Source of the DNA: Balanoglossus misakiensis
Lineage: Eukaryota; Animalia; Hemichordata
DNA length: 64,000 nt
Direction of reading: 5' to 3'
Assembly: GCA_040954595.2 (NCBI GenBank)
Contig: CM082592.2
Location: 6,993,677 to 7,057,676 of the forward strand
Part shown: positions 38,351-50,600 of the stretch, in pieces
Numbering within the stretch: position 1 is the first letter of the stretch
Layout: every line of letters starts with the position of its first letter
Notes under the pieces: generated by a model
Told to the model about the DNA's origin: nothing
The model's database searches: none
The model's input: only the letters and a program-made list of their open reading frames with translations
Position numbers and translations under genes: made by a program

Positions 38351-41300
38351 ACAGACTTCAACTATGAGTGCAGCGCACCTGAATGTATTTGTCACGTTAG
38401 TGTTTTTCGGTGCAAGCAAAAGTAATAAAATGAAGACATGTTTATGATTCCCATCTTCCTGTGTTTTGACAGTTAAAATTATGATGGCGCGTTTTATTGC
38501 CAATATGTGAAAGACTCGAATAGGTAGAGGCACAGCTACAAAGCAAAATATATCATTTTTAGAATTTTTATGCCACAATCAACGACCATCCTCCCTTTGT
38601 TCTTACCCGCCATCGTGGGGTATAAACCCCTCACACGTCACGCTGCGTCCGCGTCTTGCCGAGTTATGGGTAAATCGCAACTGGGAATATTTAAAACTAA
38701 AAGTACTAACACACGCTCTGATGCAAAAATACATCGGTGTGGACTAAAAAAAAGGGCGTGGCGATCTATGTACTCGACGTGTCGCGCGGTTTATTTTCAC
38801 TATAGACTGTCTATGTTTCCACCGCCTTTCTGTGTCATTTCAGACAAATACTAGAAAATACACGTACCGCTATACATGTATATAAAAGACTCTATGGTTA
38901 CTGTTTCAAAGATGGTCTGTGAAGCTGTTTTTATTGCAGCAGAAAAAAAAGTTTCGCCGTCGGCAACGATGAGATCTGAATTAATGGCAAATAAAATAAT
39001 CGTATGTATAAGAGGTCGTCGTATCCATACGAGGCACGCCGTTGGAATTCGTTAATAAACTGTTAATACTGCAGCGCCCCCGTGTTCCAAGACTCCGCGC
39101 CCATCTCTCAAACCTGAACTGCCTGCGTCTTTTATGTTGTCGTATACGCTTGACTGTCTTGTAAAATTTGCAGTCGGGTTGCGAGGCAAACAGCAGAGGT
39201 CAACACGAAAACCTAATAAATGACATCCGGGGTGAATTCCGATTGGGAAGGAGGGGGGGGGGGATTCTGAGAAATGGCGCGCAGTCACGGTTTGCGTCCT
39301 TCTCGGATTATTCATTCAAAACGCGCCGCTGTCGGCTTCCGACACTCTTTTTATGTTTTTGCGAAATTGACAAATAAAACCGATGCCGGCATGGGCGGCA
39401 AATATTCAGTTTTATCAGAGGAAAAGCGGCACACAAAGGATGGGCGGTGTTTCGGAACCGTGGTCAAAGAAATTTTAAATAGCACGGCAAAAAAAAAAAA
39501 AAAAAAACGAATTGGTAAAAAAAGCGAATTAAAAATTTCGGACTACTGTTTCTCCGTCAAATTAAACCAACACCGATGGTTCCGTTGACATGATAATAAT
39601 GAAGTTATTCTGTAGATCAATTTTTATTAATTAAGAATCGATAGCACAATTTTATTGCAAAAATATTATAGCTCTTGTCCCGTTATGAAATGATATAATA
39701 TTAGGCCTATATTGAGGATTTTTTAACATGTCACTATTGTTTTTATTATTATTGTTATTAACTATTATTTTTGCGAACACGAATCTGCAGTGAGTTGCTA
39801 TAATAATACAAAACAAAATGCCAGAGACAGAGGCTGAAAAGGATGGGACCTTGATTTTCACAATCAGTCAAAATACCCGACAAACACCGGGAACAGACTG
39901 TTTCAGGAACGTCCCAAAATCTCGCGTGATTCGCGCAACCTCCCTCCCCCCCCCCTCTCTCTCTCTCTTCTCCCCCTCTCACCATATTTAGTTTTTATTT
40001 CCCGCTTAGCCACTGATTGTGTACGGATCAATTTTCAATTCACTTTGAGATACTGAGAGACTTGCACGCGTCGTGGTTTCTCCATGGCAACCAGTGCACG
40101 TCTCCTGGTTACAAGCGCGCGCCATCTGTGCCAACTGTGACTGTCAACTCCCTTTTGCTTCGGCGCGGTTCGCATTTTTTAGAACCAATTTGACAGCGAT
40201 CTCTAGGGTATGGTCTTTTTGTTAATTTTGAATATAAATTGTCAAAAATTTTGCGACAAAAGATGGGATTTAGGCCCACTGATTTTCCCGGGAATAATGT
40301 GCCTTCAATAGAGATCACATATTTTGCAAGATGTTTTTTCTCGGTCTCAAAAATGTAATTAATTTTTGTCTTGTTGCTCACGAGCTATATTCAGCGTTAT
40401 GATGTACTTTCTCCACGGCATATTCATGGTATGATGAGTTTTAATGGTGATTCTGAGCCACTCCCATTAAAACCCATATAACCCTAACTTTGGCTATTGT
40501 TCGAGTGTTTCCCTTACCCCGGTTTCTTGTTTTACAGAGAACAACAATAGCATCTTTCCCGTCAGATGGGTCTGAAACGTCTGTAGACGTCAATGTCCGC
40601 CGGAATGCACTTACTGCCGGCCGCCAAATTACACTTGACACGATAACCCAAGGATAATCCGACTTTGTCGGTGTGGAATCGCGCCCTCAAGGTCACCCTT
40701 GAACGTGGTTTGGTAGCAAAACAGTGTGGACATCCATCATTCATTTGCTGCTTCAAGAGCACTTGTCTTCTTTTAGAGGAAGACTCGATATTCGGGCTAA
40801 CCCCACCTATAACATGACATTTTCCCGCAACACGTTCTTTCTCCGCGAGACTGGAATCGGGAACACGAATATTTCTACATACGAGTTCGCGTGAAATTAG
40901 TTTATCATCAATTTACAAACCGTTACTATAGCCTGTTAGAATTGCCACTCTGGTGTTTTGTGTATATTACCAGTATCTCGTGTGTTCACGTCACTGTGAC
41001 GTGTTGATGATATTCATGGTTTAGGATCAATTTTTGATTTGTCATACTTAACACAAACGGTCGAAAACGGACGCGCTCGGCAACTTGAATAGTGGAAACG
41101 GTGATGGCGTTTTTCTGGGCATCGCCCGTAATATTAACGCGAGTTACAAAACACTACCAGGGTTTGTCGGTAGAGTCAATCAAAATCGATCATGCACTTG
41201 ACGAAGTGTTATCAACGACACTGGAGAGGCCGTTGAAGTGTTGCCATAGATACGGGGGGACGCTACTCAAATCGGTCCAGGGTGGAAACCGCCCTAGTTT

Positions 41301-41722
41301 GTGAGAAACTCTCGCGTATTTTGCGTGTGCTTGTGATTTTTGTTTATATCGCGTTGGATTCGTGACCCAGCCTTGAAAATTGCCCAAAACAGGATATGCG
41401 CAGAAGCAAACCCCATTATAGATGGATATTTAACAATTTCGATGTTTTTAAACGTTTTCTTTGCGTTTGTTATACAAGACCCAGAGACAAAAGGGGCGGT
41501 GTGGAATAATTTCAATCGGAGTGTCTCTAAATTTACATTAGCAATTCCCTCTGACAATTACACTTCCTTATTTTGTGGATTTCTAGAATTATCAGGAAGT
41601 GCGTTAATTTGGTTTTATTGCAGGCTATTGGACTGAATATGTCGGTTACTAGTGATATAGACGAATGGGTCTATAAAAATTGTGTAATTTATGCTCGGGT
41701 CTTTCGGGGCGTCTTAACGTCT

Positions 41723-41776
41723 CCAAGCCACTAGTCTAGAATCTACGAACGGATAGATTCTAGACTACCAAGCCAC
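41723..41776. mobile_element. 36-bp miniature inverted-repeat element with a 9-bp target-site duplication
   Basis: CCAAGCCAC | TAGTCTAGAATCTA-cgaacgga-TAGATTCTAGACTA | CCAAGCCAC: perfect 14-bp terminal inverted repeats and perfect 9-bp flanking direct repeats. Confidence 0.8.
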
Positions 41777-43289
41777 AGAAAAAGCTTCGTTGCGAGAACG
41801 AGAGCGCTCAAAAGATTCGCGTCAACTTTTGGCGGAAAAATATCGTTTGAGCCTTCAGGGGGAAAAACTCAAGCGCAGAACTTCAAAACCGTTTTCGCGT
41901 TTCATTGAAAATAAGAGAACCGCAGTTCCCTGTCAGGATAGAATAAACAATCCAGAAATTAATGGTTCAAGGAGCACCCACTTTAGATATTTTCCACCTG
42001 AAATGTTGAGATGGCAGCCAAATATTGGGTCAGCGCCGCGCTAAAACGGAAATTCGGCGACCAGAAAAAATTGTCAATTCTGGCACGGTAAAAAAAGAAC
42101 GTCTTTTAGGCCCATGCGTTTTTAATTTTATACCATAAAGTTTTTTTGGAGGTACGATGATGAAAAGGAACGTAATTAAAAGTAAAAAAAGGGCGAACTG
42201 GGTTGAAATGCGGGGACTGTGTTTTGCACCAGTGGAGTTCGAGAACGAGACATCATTTGAATTGCTTTGTTCGGATGTTGGAGCTCGGCACATATCACTG
42301 GCAAACGGAGTCGAATATCCGCTATTTTGCTGTGGTAACACGTCGCGCAGATCTCGACAATGGTATTAATATTCAATTTACATGCTACGTTGGTATAAAA
42401 CCGCGGGGACTGCGTCTCAAACTACTGACCGCCCTGAATACAAAAACAGAAGCTGACGCACTCGGGAGGCAGGTCCCCGAGGTTTATTTTTCTTTTATCA
42501 GATTTGCCAAGCTTATCTTTGGCTTGGGAAAGGTGGGTATTGCGACTGCGGGATCGAATTCAAAGCCTGCCGCTAATGTTTGTTTGCAAGAGTCGCACTG
42601 TGATCGCGAAGGACCCAGGCTTCAAGTTGGAAGTGGGCCAACGCTTGGTGTGTTCGTCCACTCAGGTGGACCGATAAAGTCCACTATGTTCGGCGTTTGA
42701 CTTCCATTACAGTGTAGTCACATTCAATTTAACGCCGTCCGTGTCAAATTTCATCACCTTTTCCCTCCCCGAGTCCGCTTTGTCGCCGGGACCGTTTTAT
42801 ATCGATCTAAACCGTGAAAATCTGTCGATTTATTAAGCCGTGACATAATTACATGTTAAAGCTATCCTCAATATTAAGGACTCAATAACTTCATTGATTG
42901 CGAACTTCTTTAAAATGCTCGAAATACTAGGAGTATACGATGTATTAAATTTTGTAAATACGCAACAGGACAAAGGGGTATTTGTTTGGCGGGGTGCTGA
43001 ACCGTCGTGAATACTGTCAGCGGATGTCGCAAAGTTACGCAGTTTGAAACCTTCAGAATAGTCGTAGTTTTTTGTCGGAGGCCTTAGAACTCTTGGAAGT
43101 CATTCAACTTTTTTTTTATTAATTGGCCGACGAACAATTAGCATTTTTGATTAACTATTGCGCGGAAAGCACCTTGGGTTCAGAAGACGTTTTTTTTCGA
43201 GTGTTCCAGATCGTGTGCGCGTATATGTAGGGCTTCACCTCTGAAATTAATTTCTCCCTGGCTGACACACGTCAAATGAACTTTAAAAG

Positions 43290-43800
43290 CTGCGGGTCTT
43301 CGAGTAGGCGCCGCGGTCGGGAGCGTTCGTACTCCCGATGGCGAACCTAGCTGAATCATCAGAGGTGGATGAAAATTGACGAGCAAATGCGTAGTCCCCC
43401 GGCCGCGAAAATGACGCGTTGGCGGTGATGTGTGGCGGAGAAAGGGGGGGATAGGCCTGCATGTACAATCCCCTTGCTATTTTTTGCCCGTGTTCGACTT
43501 TAGCATAGATTATGTATATTAGGCGGCAATCGACTGAAGTCAGCGGTGGGCGGGGATAGCCTTGGTGGACACGTGACCATACAATTGTGAAGTCGGTACC
43601 GCCACAAAGTGAAGTGAGTCTAAAGAGAGACAGAGGGAGAGAGAGCGAGAGAGACGACAACCCGAACCACGACACAAGAGGGCCACTACTCGAGTACTAG
43701 GCAAAGCGGCGAGCTCGTAGATTAGCTGGCTCTGACGTCGAACTTCAACCTTCCCCGTGTGTGTGCCGCAAGCCTGCCGAATCGCGGACCAAAATATGTC
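43290..43800 (+). promoter_or_regulatory. CpG-rich candidate promoter and 5' UTR of the ZNRF3-like gene
   Basis: CpG-dense stretch with a GC box GGGCGGGG (43548-43555), an E-box CACGTGAC (43570-43577) and a GA-rich tract just upstream of the coding start. Confidence 0.5.
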
Positions 43801-43831
43801 CCGATCGGAGCGAAATCCGTGGCCAAAATGA
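43796..43831 (+). other. Upstream ORF (MSRSERNPWPK*) overlapping the ZNRF3 start
   Basis: ATG at 43796, out of frame with the main ORF. Its TGA at 43829-43831 lies inside ATGATG (43828-43833). Confidence 0.5.
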
Positions 43832-44022
43832 TGTGTAGTGTGCTTGTGGTATTGACGGCGTTGACTATGAACGCGGCGGCAAGGGATAATATCGCGTTGC
43901 TAGAAGTCGTGATCTTCGAATCGTTGGGGAATGGAGAGTACAGGACTACGCACACGTACGATCTGGAGGCCAGCTTTTCCATTGCCGGGCAGAAGATCAG
44001 TGCCGAGGGCGACATCGTCCAG
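43828..44022 (+). CDS. ZNRF3: ZNRF3/RNF43-family PA-TM-RING E3 ubiquitin ligase, coding exon 1 (signal peptide and start of PA ectodomain)
   Basis: MMCSVLVVLTALTMNAAA is a hydrophobic signal peptide. It is followed by RDNIALLEVVIFESLGNGEYRTTHTYDLEASFSIAGQKISAEGDIVQ, matching vertebrate ZNRF3 (AFVEVVLFESSPSGDY...FSRAGATLSAEGEIVQ). Donor CAG|GTAGGT. Confidence 0.93.
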
Positions 44023-47000
44023 GTAGGTTTCATTTGAACGCGATCGGATCGTAAACAAGAAACAAGCAGGGCTGCCTGGCCGATCGGTCGTGTGATCGCG
44101 GCTCGCGTTAATCACCAGTGCGCGTGTATAAGCGTCACTGTGTGTGTGTGGGTCACGCAGGCCCCCCTGTATATACACTGTGATCAACTAGTGCGTCTCG
44201 GGCAAGTTTGTACATTTCGTGTGTTGTGATCGGGGACAGTTTTCCCAGCCAAGGAGGCGAGCTGGATCCCTGGCGACAAATCGAGGGCGGAATCTGAGAG
44301 TGGCACATGACTGAGTGCGTTTATGTGGCGACGGTTTTCACTGGAGGGCGAATGTGGGAGCGGGGGACTGTATTACTATTAGAGACCCGTTTTCAAAAGC
44401 GCGATTGCGTCGACTGTTTGAACGCGAAGGGTTTTGCATAAAGTTACATTTACCGACAAACGGAATGCATTAGTTTCAAATAATAGGCTTGACTATGAGT
44501 GTATTTTGCCTCGAACACTTAGCTGGCCTTTGTTCTGTTGTAAATGAACATAATAGCGAGATCAATATTGGAAGTAATTCCGTACCGCATTTTTCGGGGT
44601 ATCGCGCAGGGAGCTAAACACGGGGGGGGGGGGGGGATTTCGCCCCGGACTCAAAAGGGTACCACGGCTTTCCCTGGGCATGCGTTTCTGTCTCCCCTTT
44701 CATTAGCTTTGAACTGACCTATACACAGTCTCTCAAAAGATCGCCTTTTAATACGAACAGAAACGAACTGACTGTTTCGTTGCAGGCGTGTACGAGTGTA
44801 TCTGACCCTTGCTGACAATGCGAGCTGTAATCCTCAATATCAAGCCGCTTTTGTTCACGGTGTACCCTTTTATCCGAGCTTTCACTGCGCCGATAAGTGA
44901 AGTGTATTGAAGCACCACTGAAGCAAGGTTTCGCTTAAACAACTGTTCCCATTCAAAGGCACACTGATATTATTGCTCCGGTGTGACTGGCTCCCCGCAA
45001 GTCAGGGACGTTTTTAGGCGCTGTCCCCATTCAAGATCTGCATGTTGCTCGCCGGAACGGACCGAGAGGGGGGTGGGGGGGAGGAAGCCCCCAAGAATGC
45101 TACCCTTTTCTTACGCAAGATCATGCTCCCGCGTGGCCCAGAAGTAAAATACTTGGGCGTCTTCTGCTAAATGCAACGTGGAGAAGTGGGGATCTCCGCT
45201 TACACGAAAATAATCGAATTCCCCAACTGTTTAGTGCTTTGGAATTTTCTTGAAAGCGTCCAGCAAGTTGCCCATTGAAATGATGAAAAGACCCACACTA
45301 TTTCATTTACGAGATAAAATTGGAGGCAAATTTACATAATAAACACTGTATTTGACACACTGGTTTCACGGTAATTGTAAAACGGATCAATTGTAATGTA
45401 ATAAAATCGACTCGGTCTGAATCGCCGGCTATTGAGAAGGACTAGCAAGTAGTAATGGTTGGTTGTGTCACATGGCCATGGGAGGACGTGCGGGTCCTGT
45501 TATTTACGTTCTGTTGTGGTAGTCAATACGTCTTCTTAGCATAGTCAATCTCACACGGGTACATTGTATGGAGCACACATTAATTCGTTAAGTCGTACCG
45601 TGTCATTTTGTAATGTACACCGACCCGGTATTAAATTTTAAAATTGTATTGATTTTCCCCGGCCTCCTCCGATGCCGACCCCAGTAAATAGTCAACAAAT
45701 CAGAGGGCTGAGTGAGCTACCCCCAAGTCTCTGCGAGTTCTTTAACGAGCGTAGTTAGATTCATTAGCGGGGTTTGAGTTCAAACCGCTCCATTGATGTG
45801 ATGCTTGTCGGCTGTGTTTATTTCAACCGGAGCATGATTAAACAGCGTGTTAATGCGAAAATTACGAAAGCAGTGACAAGCCGGGCCCCGGTACTATGGT
45901 CACACTCTACTTTTATGGGGGTCGTTTATCCAAGTGGAATGCACGTTCGAGTTTCTTAATGAAAACGCACGAAAATAGGACGCCGATACGCGAAACAAGC
46001 GTGTCGCAGCACATCAAAAGAATACATAAAACACGAAAAATGAGTCTTTCAATGAAAAATCCCATTGGGCGATAAAAAGTTATTCCGAAAGTTGCTTTTG
46101 TACTGTTTGGGCGATATGAAAAACATGCCTTAAGCACTACGAAACATGTAAGCTATTGTGCGGACTATTTGTCATTTGGCTTTTCTTCATTGATATCAGA
46201 TTTGTACTGGTTTTGCTGGTAATGGGCATCTCCTCTAATACAAACACACCTATCTGCAGATAACCTCACATATTGTCTACCTATCAGAATTTTGACAGCT
46301 TTGCACATTTCTGTGGAATTTTAAGTCTTCGTGTGGATTTGTGGCAGAGGATGTGAAAATCATCTGTTTGTGTCATGAGTCTGTGATTAACATAATTATT
46401 GTTGGCTCGAGAAATTATGAATGTTTAATTGCTGCATTCATTTGGTCATGTTGCCTCATTAGTGGTTTAATTAATTAAATTACAAAAGCATTAATACAGG
46501 TACTAATATGGGAAACCTCTTGAAATTAATTTGGCCATATTAAGTGAAGCCATGTGCATAAATTAATATGTTTTGCATTTGCAGTGTTCGAACTATTTCC
46601 GAGTGTTGTATTGTACTGGGTTGCAACAGTAGCCAGACCTTCTTTTTCTTAAATTACAGAGCCATTTTAGAACGGGAATGAATACCCTTCCTCTGAATGG
46701 TTGAACAGTAAACACCTTTAATTCACTTCTGATTTCTTTGTATCCATCCGCCCCCGAAGGAAAGTTATTAACCTCCCGGATTCGACACACTGCATGGTTT
46801 TTTTAATTACCCCCAGCTTTAGAAAGAAAAGATGTTTCTGGCTGGCAAGTAAAAGCCCTGGTATAGAGAGTTAAATCGAGGGCGTATTCACGGGACTTTG
46901 ACGGTAATCCCTGCTTTTGGTGGTGGTGCACTCTGGATTAATCACCTTCTGTTAAGCGTTCGCTGCCTGTGTTGGTGGTTTTGAAAAGATACATATATAG

Positions 47001-47592
47001 GTCTTTTAGCGTGTCTGTCGAGTTCCCATTATTCGGGTGTGTTGACAGGCTCGCTAGGGCTGTTTGAACCCTGCCAATGGCTTAGATTATTTAATTGAAT
47101 TGGAGAAAGAGAGAGAGAGGGGGGGGGGGGGGTTGTGTCTGAAGATCCTGAGGGGTGGTGGGGAGGGGGGGGGGTAGTGCAGAGTTGGTCGAAAGACAAA
47201 CGGCCGTTGAAAAAGACCATACCGAATAATTTGTGCATTCTAGCATTGTCTGACAAGAGAGGTCTGTTTTGTGTCAGCGTGTTCAGTGGGGATCGCAAAT
47301 GGGAAGGGAAATCGGATTATCCGTATTCCGTGTAAAATCGGCCCGTTTTCCTCTGCCCGGGGATTACCAGAGGAAACCATACCACGGCTGCTAAGGGACA
47401 CTTCCGACGGGGGAACGGCTAATATCCTAATGGAAGCAAAGTTATATTCCGTGCCCTTTTGAGTGGAATAAAAACATGTTTGTCATGGCTGCTTACCGTC
47501 TGGAAAATCTCCCCCATGATTTGCGGTTTTCCCGAGCTTCCTGACATCTGATTTGAAAGCGAGGAAAGAAGTCCAGTGGAAATGTGACAGTC

Positions 47593-47686
47593 TTCACCCC
47601 TGTCACCACCATGGTTCGGTCCAACCCCATTGTTTCCTATGGTAAGGTGGGACCTCTGAAAGGGAACATGGGGGTGAAAGGGTTAA
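47593..47686. mobile_element. Short (~94 bp) TIR element ending GGTGAAAGGGTTAA; probable non-autonomous DNA transposon
   Basis: Imperfect terminal inverted repeats (TTCACCCCTGTCACC ... GGTGAAAGGGTTAA). A similar, more decayed copy lies at 62476-62568. Confidence 0.5.
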
Positions 47687-50600
47687 GTTCTCAAAATCAG
47701 AAGTTTGGTCTGGCAGATTCTGGACTGGACTATTAAATGTGAATTCATTATGACTTAGTTTAAAGCAAATGGGGGGGGGGGTTGTTGTTGTCAGCGCCTG
47801 GGGCCCCAGCGCGGCGCTATTTGGGCCTGGGGAGAACCCTGGAATGGTGTCAATAAAGTCACGTACAGGTGCAATCATGCAACCTTCAACTCTGCTATCT
47901 GCCTCTCGAGTTCTGCATACATGAAACAGTGTCATCATCACTTGTATATTTCAGGTATTTGATTAGGAAGCAGATCCATGGGGTGAGGGCACAATTCTAT
48001 CATTCTGTTTTTATTCAAAATTATTTGAAATATTTGGTTAAGGCCACATGACACGCCGAAGCGAGCACACAGCAAATAAAATCACACCTGGGAAACGGGT
48101 TCACTCACGCATGGTGGTGTGTTATTTGTGTGGACCCGGTTATCTCATTTTTTTGCACAGTATTGGCTGGCTTAAAGTCAATTGATAGTGCGTGATTGTT
48201 CAATGCTTCTGAACTATCAGGATTTAAAATAAGAAATGTCAAGACAGTAAACACCGGTTGGACTTGTTGCGTGTATATAGTACCGGATTGCAGCTCAAAT
48301 TTAAGCGAGATTCTGTTATTGCCCGGAAATCGCATATCGATAATTGCTAGAACTGTCTCGGAGAGTCGTACCAGTGAGAAAAAGGTGAATTGATCCTAAC
48401 TGTTTTGATTTATTGTTTGTGTATAAAGAGGGGAGAGGGTGGGAAAAATTTACGCTGAGTGAAGTTATACAGTTCTATTTATCAAACTCGTCTGAGACGT
48501 CACAGCGCAGGGGAAATATTTGCGGTTCCGTTCCCTATTGTGATATCAAAATCTGAAGTGTGGTGCGTGTGTGTATCGAAGTCAAAACACCACCGGAACA
48601 TGTAGTAAAAGACGTGCCCAAAACTATGTTTATAGAGCACTACACGCTGACCCTGTTCGCCTCAAGTAGAGAAAAGTTCTCGTTAATTGCTCACATGTAG
48701 TGCCCGTCATAAGCGGCCTTCAACCGAGGGTGCCATTTGAGCCAAAGTTTTTAAAGAAGAGGTGATGCAAAGTGTCCTAATGAACTTGTACTTGTACGAT
48801 GCGATATTGTCGTTCAGTTTACAGCCGACTGTTTTGAAAAATGGTCTAACGGTGAGGACAGCGTCGCTGCTCACACAGAACAGGGTCAAGTATGGCGGAC
48901 TCGGGCTCAAGATATGTGTGGGGTGTACTTGTAACAACTGTATGAACTGCTCTCGTTGACTAGGGGAACACTTGAAACTAAATAGGGTGAATGCAGAAAT
49001 AGTTACATGTGCTGGGGGAAAATAGTGGCTGGTGAGTGACAGCATTTCACAGCAAAATGCTCATTGTAACTGGGCTTCGCCTCGCCTTTGTCTTCTGCCC
49101 CGTGAAGGAGTGTGGTTTGGGGCCGAAAAAAAGTCTTTGAGGAGGTCCACCTGTTGGTTTCTATGGAGACCATTAAATGTCATTAAGGGTTTTTTTCCAT
49201 TCAGGTAGATGTGAAAGTTTTTGAAGCTTTGGTGCAGTAGCTTGGTAGCCCTGTGGTGTAGTGTCAAATTTGAGTGTGAGTGTCATTTGGAAAACTGTAG
49301 CTTCCTGTAGCATTTGAATAGAAAATCTTAATGATCAAGAGTTTAAAATTGTAAAATGACCCTACTTATCAGGGGTACCCTCTAAAGAAGGAAAAGATCT
49401 CAACATGGCAACTAGAATTCCATCAATATTTGTTAAGCTTTTGGGTATAAATGTGCCTGACGGTTGATATAAAATACATTAAATTGGTATTAAATTTAAA
49501 TTTGAAGAATACGAAGATGTAGGCGTGCATAAAATCTAACTCTGGTTAAAGCTGAGGTCATCAGTTTTCAGTCTCTAAGTAAGTGCTGCAGAATCGTTTA
49601 AGTCAGGTGACGTGTGGAGTTGGTAGAAAACAAATGAGGAAATATTGTATGGGGATCTGTTGAGGAGATGCTATTTGTTTGATTAAATCCTTCATGTGCG
49701 GTGATACATTGAGTTCGTCCAGGGTTCTTGAGCACTGCTCTTTCTCATTTATAGGCCTCTCTCAGTTAGTCATTGAAAGACCGCATCTCTGCGCCGTTCA
49801 TTGCAGCGCCGTTTTAGAGACACGGCTAGGAGAGGACGCATGCTGTGAGCCTGTCTTTCAGCGGCGAGGATACATGTATCATGACTGAATCATCGCATTT
49901 TGCATGCATTCTGTTATGATATAATCAACAGCATATGTGATCTAGGTCAAACCATTTTCACCGATACATGTGACAGTAATTCCTCCTGTAACAGCTTTTA
50001 CGCGCTTACGTTAATGTGCTTGTTGTGTTCGCTTTTTTTCTTCTTCCACGCCAAAATCAAAAGGTTTCAAAATACGTCTCTGGGGGCACGCGGCGGTTCG
50101 GGAGAAGAAAAAACCCGTGTTTTTCGGGGATTAAATCTCGGCTACGAATTCACCCGAATGCCCTGAAGCGAACTGGGCTAGTATAACGGCATACTCCGCG
50201 TTCATTTCAGTTCAGTGATCAGCTCTGGGTCAACTTGGGTGAAAAAGGAAACCTCGGCCCGGCCTATCACATTTCACAACACAATAAGTTGGGCAATTGC
50301 AGATTGAAATCAGACCCAATCCTCGCGAGAGGGGCATTTTGATTGGATGTTTTCAAGCATAAATGAGCACTTTAATTACGGCAATTAGCTAAATGAAAGA
50401 GGACGGGGAAATTCTGGAACGGTGAACCCAGGTGACTATCGAGAGAGGGGCAGTTCTCGGTTTCAGTTGAGTACTCCGGGGTGGGTTTGCAAAGGGCCCT
50501 TGTTCGGGAATATAGCTGTAGGGGGAAAGATTTTTAATTTCATCTAAGTAGTGTGTCCTGCTTGGGTGATTTTCACCCCAGGGGGCTCAAGGACACTTTG

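Noticed and set aside
38089-38367. His/Tyr/Ile/Cys-rich ORF
   Set aside because: It is the translation of a degenerate pentanucleotide satellite.
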